DNA of 64,000 nt from Asterias rubens (Eukaryota): positions 4,650,001 to 4,714,000 of the forward strand of contig NC_047069.1 of assembly GCF_902459465.1 (NCBI RefSeq), written 5' to 3'. Position numbers and translations under genes: made by a program. The notes beneath the pieces were generated by a model, which was not told where the DNA came from, ran no database searches, and saw only the letters and a program-made list of their open reading frames with translations. Shown piece by piece: positions 1 to 10,516 of this stretch (its first letter is position 1; each line of letters begins with the position of its first letter).

Positions 1-2656
1 TTGGTAGGGGAGGAAGAGCGTCTTAAAGAAGAGGTTGCATCGGCCTGTGTCCTCATGAAGCATCAAGAAAAGATCAATGGTGGTCTGAATGAGAGAAAAA
101 AGTGTCTAGAAGAGGAAGCTGAGGACGCCCAGGCTAACGCCAAGCAGCAAGCTGAGTTTATTACATCTCTCCAGGCATCAAAGGCAGAACTTGAGGGGAA
201 GGTGACATCATCCTATGAGAAGATTGTGAGGTATGAGGAAGTGATACAGGAAGTTGAGCAGAGGAACAACGACTTGAAGATAGAAGAGAGGCGGTTCTCG
301 GAAGAGATTGAGTCTGCTCATCTACTCGCCAATCAACAGAAAGACGCTCTGAGTAGTCTAAATGAGGAAAAGAGACGTCTACAAGAAGAAGTCTGCAATG
401 CTCAAACTGAGGCTGAGATGCAAGCTGTTACTCTACTGAGCCTCTCAGCCACAAAGACAGCATTGGAAGAAGAGACCCTGTCAGCCAATGCACAGATCAA
501 GAAGTTGGAAGGAATAATCAAAGACCTGCAGCAGAAGAATGAGGATTTAATGGCAGAAGAAGGCCCCTTAACTGAAGAAATTTCATCTGCTCGTGTTTTC
601 ATCAAACAGCAGGAAGAAATCATTAATGCGCTCACTACAGCTAAGAAGGGTCTTGAGGATGAAGTCACCAGCGCTCACGCTGAGGCCAAAAAGCATTCAG
701 AGATCATCACTGCTCTCCAAACAGCAAAGGCAGCATTTGAAGAGGGAGCCACGTCAAATAATTCTCAGATACAAAGAAGTACGGAGATGATTGTGGAGCT
801 GCAGCACAGAAATGAGGATTTGAAGACACAGCAGGAGCGTCTTTCAGAGGAGGTTGCATCTGCTCATGTTCTGACAAAACAGCAGGAAGAAGTTATTAGA
901 ATTCTGAATGAGAAAAATACACATCAAGAAGATGAGGTCTCACGGATTCGAATTGAAGCTAATCAGCAGTCCAAGGCTTACACCATCCTTAATGCAGCAA
1001 AAACAGCACTAGAAGAGGAGGTTAAGGTGATCCATGCACAGAGTCAGAATTTCAAGGAAATAATCCAGGAGCTAGAAAAGAGGAAGGAAGACTTGAAGAC
1101 CGAGAGAGGATGCCTCACGGAGGAAGTTTCTTCTGCTCAGGAGAGAACAGAGAACCAAGAACAGATCATCACTGCTCTAAATGAAGAAAAGAAGGCTCTT
1201 GAGAATGCAATCCTTGATGCCCGTACTGAGATCTCTCATGCTCAAACTGAGTCTGAGCAGCAAGCTGTTACTTTACTGAGCCTATCGGCAGCAAAGACAG
1301 CACTGGAAGAAGAGACCCTGTCAGCCAATGCACAGATCAAGAAGTTGGAAGGAATAATCAAAGACCTGCAGCAGAAGAATGAGGATTTAATGGCAGAAGA
1401 AGGCCCCTTAACTGAAGAAATTTCATCTGCTCGTGTTTTCATCAAGCAGCAGGAAGAAATCATAAATGCGCTCACTACAGCTAAGAAGGGTCTTGAAGAT
1501 GAAGTCTCCAGCACCCACCTTGAGGCTGTTAAGCAATCAGAGATCATCACTGCTCTCCAAACAGCAAAGGCAGCATTTGAAGAGGAAGCCACGTCAAATA
1601 ATTCTCAGATCCAAAGAAGTACGGAGATGATTATGGAACTGCAGCACAGAAACGAGGATTTCAAGACACAGCAGGAGTGTCTCTCAGAGGAGGTTGCATC
1701 TGCTCATGTTCTGACAAAACAGCAGGAAGAAGTTATTAGAATTCTGAATGAGAACAAGAAGCAAATTGAGGATGAGGTCTCATGCCTTCATGCTCAGGCT
1801 AATCAGCAGTCCGAGGCTTACACCATTCTTAATGCAGCAAAAACAGCACTAGAAGAGGAGGTTAAGATGACCCATGCACAGAGCCAGAATTTCAAGGAAA
1901 TAATCCAGCAGCTAGAGAAGAGTAATGAGGACTTAAAGACACAGCAAGAGCATCTTTCAGAGGAGGTTGTGTCTGCTCATGCTATGACAAAACAGCAAGA
2001 AGAAGTTATTAGTATGCTTAGTGAGACCAAGAAGTATCAAGAAGATGAGGTCTCATGTATTCAAATTGCAGCTAATCAACAATCTGAGGCTAACACCATT
2101 CTTAATGCAGCAAAAACAGCTTTAGAAGAAGAGGTTAAGGTGACCAATGCACAGAGCCAGAATTTCAAGGAAATAATCCAGGAGCTAAAGAAGAGGAATG
2201 AAGACTTGAAGACCGAGAGAGGGAGCCTCACGGAGGAAGTTTCATCTGCTCAGGAGAGGGCAGAACAGCAGCAAAAGATCATTAGTGCTCTAACTGAAGA
2301 AAAGAAGGTTCTAGAGAATGCAATCCTTGATGCCCGCACTGGGGGTTCTAAGCAACTTGCGGCTCTTGCCAGCATCCAGGCAGCAAAGACGGCTCTTGAG
2401 GAAGAAGCCACCTCAGCCAATGCCCAGATCCAGCGCTTCAAGGGGATGATCAAGGAGTTACTTCAGAGGAATGAAGAGCTAAAGACGGAAGAAGGCCGCC
2501 TCACAGAAGAAGTTGCATCTGCTCGCCAATCTGCAAAAGAGCAGGAGAAACTTATTAATGTCTTCAAGATGTCGCTTGAGAATGAGCGTTGTGCTGATAA
2601 GGAGAAATTGGCAGAGACTAAGATGAAAGCTAAAGAAAGGCAGCAGATGTTGCAAG
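1..2656 (+). CDS. NUMA1: NuMA giant coiled-coil exon (open at window start)
   Basis: Uninterrupted frame from base 1; donor caag|gtgaga at 2656/2657 (phase 1). The ORF-track extension to 2706 is intron read-through. Confidence 0.9.
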
Positions 2657-5600
2657 GTGAGAAAGTGTTTAAAAAAAAAAAAAAACTACTGCAGACTATT
2701 TTGTGAATTTAACATCTTAAGCTAGTTGCCAAGTTTTCTTTTCTGTTTGTTTCGGGTGTGTTTGTTTGTTAAGGTAGGAGAAGGGTTATTATTTTTTGTG
2801 TTTGTTTGGGGTTTTAAAAAATTTTATTGGGGTGTTTGGTTGGGTTTCTGTTTTTTACCGACAAATGTACAACAGTGGAAATAAGTGTGCAAGTCAGTTT
2901 TCCATTTTCTTGTAATTACAAATCTAAAAGAATAAAGAAAGCATTTTTTTTTTTTTTTTCTTCAAATTCCAACTTTCTTTGTATCTAGAACAACGCAAAA
3001 GTAAACTGTGCGTTGACCATTTTCAAGCAGCGTTTATTTTTATATATTTTTTCTTGGGTGGGGGTGTTTGTTTGGGAGTTTTTTTTTACTGGCAAAACAA
3101 CAGTGACCATAAATGTGCATGTCGGTTGTTAATTTTCTCGTAATTACACACCTATGTGTAATTCAAACCTAAACATTTACAGAAAGAAGCTCCTTTTTTA
3201 AATTCTAACTTTTTCCTTTTTGACCGTTTTCTAACAGCGTTTATTTTTATTATTATATTTTAGATGAGATCAATAAGCAGAAAGAGCAGACGATGAGGTT
3301 TGAAGAGACAGTCACCTCAAAGGAGGCCCTCTTGGAACAGATCCAAACGCAGATGGAGATCCAACAACGGTGAGAGTAACTTGCTGTAGAATCCATACAC
3401 TGCACACTGACCCAAGTCTAGAGACATTACCTCATCTACATTCCAATCATGACCCAACCTAACTAATGAATCACCACCCCATGCAATGATTGTTCCTTTG
3501 AAACAGTAGCCCATTGCTAAGCATACTGTACTATATACTGTATGCACTAAGAAGAACATGTACTACAATTCACCAAGCAACCAACAAACCAACAACTGTA
3601 CAGTGTCAAGCTTGAGACATTACAGGGCTTGAAACACAATCCACATACGATCTCTGGTCAAATCGTCCACAAAGGTGAATATTTATGGCAGGGCAAGATA
3701 GCCACCAAGACAACTTGATCCTCCTACAATGTCCCCATTGGAAAGCATTTACACTTTCGTACATTTTACACTTTCGTCACGTTTTTGTTTTTTTTGGGGG
3801 GGGGAAACACCTTATCTCTCTATACTGACTTTTTTCAAAATGTCAGTTTTGGAGTAAAGCCCGGTTCATACTTCCTCAATGCGAATGCGATACGAAGTTT
3901 GACGTCACAGGGCTGTTTTCACAGCGAATGTTTTGCGGTGAATGAGTTGAGCACATTTCAACTGATGCAAGTTATTCGTTGGGAAATTGTTACGCCAAAT
4001 TCTGTATAGATAGCGCAATTGCAGGAAGTATGAACCGGGCTTTTTAAGGCAGTTAAGCTGTGGAAGGGCCGAGTCAGAAAAGTAATTTGCTTTGTTTTGA
4101 TTTCTCAGTGTTCATAGAGAAGAGGTCTCTCTCCTTATGGAAGAAAAGAAGGAGGAATGTGAACTCCTTCAGGCCAAGATTCGTTTTGAGAAGGACAGTC
4201 ACAGCAAAGAGATAGACATTCTGCAGGAAGAGGTAGGCATGCCAATTGTTATCATCAATGGTTGCATCAATGCTATGGCTTAAAATTGTCGCAAGACAAC
4301 AGGGGCCAATTTTCATAGAGCTGCTTATAAACACAACAAAATTATGGTGACAAGGACAAGGTTACAAGCCAAAGTACTATGTCGCATGTACCATCTTTGA
4401 CTCGGGGTATCCTGCTTCATTGTTGCTCATCAGAAAATTGTAAAGTTAGACTTTTTGAACAGGTCTTAAAATTGGGCCTTCAGCCCAGTTGTGTAGAACT
4501 GCTTAAAGGCACTGGACAACTTTGGTAATTGAACAGTATACTCTGAAGACGAGCAGAGTATACTGTTAGAAACGTCAAGACCAAACCGGCTCTTTTTAGA
4601 GCCACCACTCCTTCAAAAGAGATTTTATTTCACTCATGGTTGTACCCGCAAGTTTACAGATAATATTTATATTTATAGTTACTCTTATAACTCTCTACAG
4701 AATTTCCATTCTGAAATGGTAGGCCCCCCTATATTGTTTAATACTCTATCCATGATGCTCCTAACTATAGCTTGACCAAACAAAGCATCTCCTGTACCAG
4801 CAGCAGTCATCTTCAAGGTATGGTCTACCCCCAGCCCTTGATCCCTTGCCTGTTGATGTCAGCATGCACAGCCTAGACAGTCTGGACGATGGTGAGCTTA
4901 ACCTGGCAGAGCTCGACACAGGCTCTAGGGCTAGTATTGCGTCCAATGCCTCAGGAGACAGCATCCGATCCACAGACAGTGCCAGATGTGAGTTAGATAC
5001 TTGAAAGAAATATAAATTTGTACTTGACATCTATCTTTGTCGTCATGCTTGATTCATTTGAATTGTTAGGTAATTATTTTAAACATTGGTAATCTTCAAA
5101 TGCATTAGTATAATTTGTTTTCATAATTTGATAGCCTCTATGTAAATAACGTCCGTCGATATATCGAAAATACTCAAAAACTCGATATTTTTTTGACATC
5201 GAAATCGCCGATGTCACTTTTATAATCATATCGTAATATCGGATTTTCGATATATATCGAAAATTTCGATGTTTTGAAAATTTTGATGTTCCTAAATGAT
5301 ATCGAAAATACCAAAAGAGTGTCTTGAGTATTAGAAAAGCCGTCGTCGTTATGTAGTTTCATCATTTTGAGTTGCCCTATTAAATAAAATACGTTTTACA
5401 ACCAAGTATGTCTGCATGTTCTTTGTGTTTTCGCCATCAGCCGCCGGCCCGCCGCAGAAGTTCACGACCCCGCGGCGAGCGCACGGTAAAACCTCAAAAG
5501 AAACCGCCGCTGCTGCCCTAGCCTATCGGCTGTTTAAGATGCAACTTCCCATTGTGCATGTGATCAAAATCAATGCGTCTTCATCACAGCATTATTGACT

Positions 5601-8600
5601 TTGCAAAAATACCCCGCAAAAACTTCCCCGAATCAACAAGACAAAACAAAACAAGGAAGAAAACAATCTTACGTTATACAGTAAAATAATCTTTCTATCA
5701 ATCCAAGGTATCGTAATGGCGTCATTTTGGTCAAATAAAGCCTACACGTTGTGTTGTTTTCGGTAAACAAGCTAACATTTCCGAGGAACTATATGCTTCG
5801 CAGACCACGCTGTCGGCGGCTATTGCGTGCGTACCAGCGAAGACTATGCTGTCGTACGGTTTAAGCGTGCACACCAGCGTGTATGGTTATTGCAATTCGG
5901 GGGGAAAACCCGTTTGCCCAAGCATGCGCAGACACATGCAGTCTTTGGTCAAGGCGGTATCGCGTGATGCACTGCGTTATTTCGACAATAGAGGGCGTTC
6001 TAGCATTCAATGTTTCTTGCCTTTGTTATAGAATGCAAAGTAAAAAGACTACAAGCCTTTATTGGAGACTATGTGACTGCATGCTGCCTGCGTTTTATAT
6101 TGTGATCGCTGAGGGTAGGTCTGTGTTTTGCGGGACTTTCTAGTGATTTTTTTCCGATGATTATCTCAACCATTTTCAACCGTAAAGGTAGTCCGCGCGC
6201 TCGTCGGACAACTTGATTGACACTTCTACGTCAATGCATCGGCAACTCACAAAGGCTCTGTGTCATTTTGAGACAGCCAATCATGGCCAATCACGAATCG
6301 AGAATTGTGGTGAGCGTTCACCAATTGGCCAAGCCAGCGGTAGCGGCGATCATACTTTGTTGTAAAACCAGAAATAATCGGGGCGGGACTACGCAATTTG
6401 AAATTGTTTGGACTACAAACAAGTTCGGGGGATCAGACAAAAACAGGTTGAAATGTAACCCTATTAAACTGTCAGTCTATGGTATATATATTTCTACCTC
6501 CATGAGTATACCAAGTGCTGTTTTTAGGCTTCCATCTTGAGCGCGGGAAATACTCGATATATCGAGTATACTCGATATTAAATTTTCGATATATCGGTTA
6601 TGGGAAAAAACCGACATCGACGGACGTTAATGTAATAGGCTCAAAAATCAAGACTGGAAACAGCATTATGATGTAGTTGTAATGTGTTTTATTCCATTGT
6701 TCCAACGGTGGAAACCGCGCGCAGCCAGCGCTGTACAAACCTTTTATCTCTTTAAAAACAACTCCTTGCAGACCATCTACAAAACTTTGGAACCTTTGTA
6801 AATTGCTCTTTCTACAACGCTGGTAATCTTCCTTCCCTTCTACATACAGGCAAGTATACAATTGAGATACACAGCCGTCAGCACACACCAGTTAACGAGT
6901 CGCTAACCACAAGCCAAACGACCACAACGCACCTGTCCACCAGTCGACACTCCATCACCTCCAATCAGCTACACCTGTCTTCCCACAGTAACCTGTCCGA
7001 TAGTCTCAACTTGAGCCGCCTCGGACCGCTGTCTGTGTCTAGGGCCAGCACTGACCGTGGGGATAACCTCCCCGATCAGGTGTCGGAGACCATTGATGAG
7101 CTTAGTTGCAGTCAGAGCAAGACCAGGAAGATTAGGGCTTCCATGAGGCAATCCCTTGTCAGCCGCAAGACAACAGGTAAGACTAGTATTTACATTTCTT
7201 CTTTACAATTTCAGATACAGGATTTTCATAAGCGTCAAGCGTATTTCTTCCCAGCAATATTTTTTATTGGATAAGTAGTTAAAGGCATCAGATATTATTG
7301 GTATTAACTGAAGAATAATTGTTAGCATAAAAAGTTACTTGGTAACAAGCAATGGAGAGCTGTTGATAGTATAAAACAAGAAAGAGAGGCTTCTAAGAGA
7401 GTTTGCTATAACACCATGTGAATATAGTCAAAATGGTGTTACAACAAAACTCTCTTAACTTGCCTCAAATGACACTACATCTCCCACTGCTTTTGCATGT
7501 AGGCCGTGGCCGTTTCTTCATCGTAAATAACTGCGAGGAGGAGCCTGAAGTCTTTGACTGGAACCGCTTGTCGGAGCTGCAGCGCAGGAACACCCTCTGT
7601 CTCCCCCACCTGCAGACGTCTTACCCGGTGGAGACGCAGACCAGACCCCCGCAAGAAATCTCAGACGATAGTCTGAAGCTGGGAGAAACCACAGAAGGGT
7701 CTGGTGGAGAGATGATGACGCGCTCAATGCGCAAACGAAAGAGCGGAGATCTGGAGCTTCCACCAGGGGGTGGGCCAACAAAGGTTTGTGTGACATATTT
7801 TTTAGGTTTGTCCGTTTGCTTGTGCTTTTGCTTAGTTTGTACTTGATTTGATCAAGCTTGTGGTTTGTCAAGATTTTTCCTCATTATGGGCTTTGTCACA
7901 GATCCTCCATGTTTACCCATGGGCCTTCAGATTTTGTTGGAGACTGCCCTTATTATGACCAAATTGCTTTTTGCGTTTTCTTCGATTTGGGAGCAGACTG
8001 ATTCTCAGTAAAAAATAACTTATGTAAACTTCTTTGTTACTCTGTTTACTCTGTAGGACAACAGCCTGTTTCTCAGTAAACGTAATTTCTGTAAACCTCT
8101 TTGTTACTCTGTTTACTCTGTAGGACAACAGCCTGTTTCTCAGTAAACGTAATTTCTGTAAACCTCTTTGTTACTCTGTTTACTCTGTAGGACAACAGCC
8201 TGTTTCTCAGTAAACGTAATTTCTGTAAACCTCTTTGTTATGCTCTATGTAGATGAAAACATCAAACTCTTACCATGCCATGCCACCTCCTCCCCCACCT
8301 GATATGAACAACATGGCCAAGAGATCAGTCTCCTTGCAGAATATGAAGTCCACAGCTGCTGGATTATCCTCAAGCTCCAGCCTCCAAAGCAAGGTAAGGC
8401 CATAGACCTATTATTTATATTGACCAGAGCGCTTCTTCGTTTTTTTTAAGCCCCCAGTGGTCGATTTCACAAAGAGTTAGGACTAGTCCTAGGAGATATT
8501 AAAAAAATGAGGCTATTCCTAAGTTAGGACGAGTCACTCGTGCAAACTCGAGATAAGACTAGTCTTAACTCTCTGTGAAATCCACCCTAGGGCCCAATTT

Positions 8601-10516
8601 CATAAAGCCTGTAAGCACACAAAATATGCTAAGCACAGAATAATATTGCATACCAGAAACAGGTTACCAGCCAAAATTACATTAAGTTTGCATTGTTGTG
8701 GCTGTTGCCCCACTCAATTTTTGCTTGGCAAAGTTTATAATTTAGTGATCTAGTTGTTGATGCAATGATTACTGCACCCATCCGACAGATTGATTCTGAT
8801 TAATCGTTTCAGAATTTTGTTATTTTAAAAAACAGTGCTGTCCTTTAATATTTATCAACCAAAAAATAGATTTTTATTCTTTTTCAGCCACAGGAAAACA
8901 GCAGAGGATTAACCAAGAATATCAGCAGCAGTAGCATCAGCAGCAACACAAGCATCCGCAGCAAAGCAAGCACCCACAGCACAGCGAGTAACAACAGCAG
9001 AACAACAACAAGTGGCAGTAACAGTAGAATAGACCGAGCTGGCGTACTGCGAGCCAGCACAAAGTCCAACAAGAGGCATGGGGCAGTTGAGCCGAGCACC
9101 AAGGCAGAAAAGGTACAAATGTTGATTAATAAACTTGGCATAGAGCTGGGCCCAATTTTATGGCTCTGCTTACCGTAAGCACAGAATCGGCGCTTACGGA
9201 AGCAGGGAATTCTGTGCTTACGGCAAGCGTATTTCAAGGGTTAGCGGCAAATTTGGGCTTCTGCACGTGCGTACTTTACTTTACTAGGCATTCTACGCTT
9301 ATAAGGCTAGCGCAGAAACTCGGCGCTTGCACGTAAGCAGAGAATCGCGATCGTAAGCGCATAATTCGGCGGTAAGCAGAGCCATGAAATTGGGCCCTGC
9401 TTATAAGCAGAGAATTATGCTTGAGACCTTTCTGCTAAACTCTGCCCAGGCCTTAAGAGAACAATATCGGTTGAAGTAAAAGTTGAAGTGAACTTTATTA
9501 ATTCTCAAAGTTCCAGTGTCTGGTATTGATGGATTGTATACACTGCGCAGCCAACCTTACTATGCTTGATGTGATGAGGCCAAGTTATGATTCTTACAAA
9601 ATGTCTTACCAAAGTTCAAAGCTTTGGCATAATACCATTTATCAGTATCAGCGATTCTGGTTGACAATTTAAAGTAAAACCTCCAAGTACTAAGGTTAAT
9701 GATATTTTGTTCATTTTGCTCACACAGCAGAACGACCCACGTCGAGAGAGCATCGCCTTCAGTGTTGGCTTCTCCCCCAAACCCCAAGCCAGACGCCGCG
9801 CCTCCAGAATGTCTTTATCAAAGAAGGCAACCAACAGCCCTAAAGTACAGGCAGCTGCACCGGGAATAACACCCAGCAAGAAATCATCCAGAAGGGTATG
9901 TGTCCTATTCTCATGAGCCAGGTTCAAATTAACAATATTTGTGTCGTGTCGCAGAAGGTTTAATTAATTTTTTCTGACCTAAAACGAAGCTTTCAAAAGT
10001 TGTTATTATTGCAAAGCTGATAAAGTTGACAAACTCAATCAAGTGGACATAAAATTGCAGACCACAGCAGCTGCAAGCGACTTGTGCCAAAATTCCCTCA
10101 GCGACCAAAAAAAGCTGCAAGAACGGACCTTCCAATCACAACCATGAATTGACGCTTTCCATGTAGAGATAGGATAAGATAAGACAAGAACTTTTCATTA
10201 TTCCACGCTAGGGAAGTAAAACTGTTTTGCCCTGTTTGCTTTCAAGACATTTTGCGAAAACAAAGACAAAATTGAGTTTTAAAAAATCAGCAATTTGAAT
10301 CATTTCAGGAGATGATTCATACACAAATGAATGGTCTCTAAAGGATTCAAACTTTTTTGTTACCCCTCACCAATTTTCTCTTTACAAAGTCTCCCTTTCA
10401 ACAAATATCTGCTATTTGTTTCTCCATCATCAATATAAACTTGATACTTATTGTTGTTTTTCCTTTTTTTCATTTTTTTTTTACAGAGATCTATTGCTAA
10501 GTGGCTTGCCAAGTAG
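1..10516 (+). CDS. NUMA1: Nuclear mitotic apparatus protein (NuMA) orthologue, 3' part; exons <1-2656, 3264-3369, 4109-4232, 4771-4987, 6850-7176, 7503-7783, 8253-8393, 8888-9112, 9728-9895, 10487-10516
   Basis: Long heptad coiled coil followed by a disordered tail. Exon 7503-7783 encodes CEEEPEVFDWNRLSELQRRNTLCLPHLQTSYPVE, matching the NuMA LGN/microtubule-binding segment as I recall it (CQDEPEQLDDWNRIAELQQRNRVCPPHLKTCYPLE). It also has an NLS-like RSMRKRKS, and exon 9728-9895 has RRESIAFS (cf. RRQSMAFS). All splice phases are consistent. The 5' end lies outside the window and the last exon is less certain. Confidence 0.9.
3264..3369 (+). CDS. NUMA1: NuMA coding exon (DEINKQKEQTMRFEETVTSKEALLEQIQTQMEIQQR)
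   Basis: ttttag acceptor, gtgaga donor, phases 1/2 fit neighbours; coiled-coil character. Confidence 0.85.
4109..4232 (+). CDS. NUMA1: NuMA coding exon (VHREEVSLLMEEKKEECELLQAKIRFEKDSHSKEIDILQEE)
   Basis: tttctcag acceptor, gtaggc donor, phases 2/0. Confidence 0.85.
4771..4987 (+). CDS. NUMA1: NuMA coding exon (LDQTKHLLYQ...LDSLDDGELNLAELDTGSRASIAS...)
   Basis: ctaactatag acceptor, gtgagt donor, open frame, phases 0/1. Confidence 0.85.
5147..6629. mobile_element. Non-autonomous DNA transposon in a NuMA intron (~1.48 kb)
   Basis: 14-bp perfect TIR taacgtccgtcgat/atcgacggacgtta; subterminal cgatatatcgaaaat repeats at both ends; flanks atgtaaa/atgtaat; GC-rich interior without a credible ORF. 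Confidence 0.7.
6850..7176 (+). CDS. NUMA1: NuMA coding exon, S/T-rich tail
   Basis: pyrimidine tract plus catacag acceptor, gtaaga donor, no stops, phases 1/1. Confidence 0.8.
7503..7783 (+). CDS. NUMA1: NuMA coding exon with LGN-binding/microtubule-binding motif and NLS
   Basis: EEEPEVFDWNRLSELQRRN motif; tgtag acceptor, gtttgt donor. Confidence 0.92.
8031..8240. repeat. 67-bp tandem repeat, ~3.1 copies
   Basis: tctttgtta starts at 8031, 8098, 8165 and 8232. Confidence 0.95.
8253..8393 (+). CDS. NUMA1: NuMA coding exon (MKTSNSYHAMPPPPPPD...)
   Basis: ctatgtag acceptor, gtaagg donor, 141 nt, phases 0/0. Confidence 0.8.
8888..9112 (+). CDS. NUMA1: NuMA coding exon, S/N/T low complexity
   Basis: tttttcag acceptor, gtacaa donor, 225 nt open frame. 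Confidence 0.8.
9149..9396. mobile_element. Harbinger-like MITE (ggcccaatttcat... TIR family, CWG target)
   Basis: ctg|ggcccaatttta...gaaattgggcc|ctg; relatives near 4301, 8590, 21024, 32391, 32900, 41853, 43480, 63440. Confidence 0.75.
9728..9895 (+). CDS. NUMA1: NuMA coding exon (QNDPRRESIAFSVGFSPKP...)
   Basis: cacacag acceptor (NAGNAG), gtatgt donor; RRxSxAFS motif of the NuMA C-terminus. Confidence 0.87.
10487..10516 (+). CDS. NUMA1: Probable NuMA terminal coding exon (RSIAKWLAK*)
   Basis: Very strong poly-T acceptor (ttttttttttacag), phase 0, TAG stop. Confidence 0.6.
   Translation, partial: RSIAKWLAK

Noticed and set aside
402-2453. Minus-strand and shifted-frame ORFs (402-668, 593-790, 1242-1592, 2250-2453)
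   Set aside because: Antisense or alternate-frame shadows of the repetitive NuMA exon; no independent start or splice support
2657-2706. C-terminal EKVFKKKKKLLQTIL of the 901-aa ORF
   Set aside because: Intron read-through past a canonical donor at 2657; the poly-K comes from an intronic A-run
4761-5030. Minus-strand 89-aa ORF
   Set aside because: Antisense of NuMA exon 4771-4987, which splices in phase on the plus strand
8031-8240. Regularly spaced repeats as a possible CRISPR-like array (also 37520-38270)
   Set aside because: Units are head-to-tail with no unique spacers; eukaryotic introns; no cas genes
8884-9237. Minus-strand hydrophobic L/V-rich ORF resembling a membrane protein
   Set aside because: Reverse complement of the AGC/AAC-rich NuMA exon 8888-9112 plus MITE sequence
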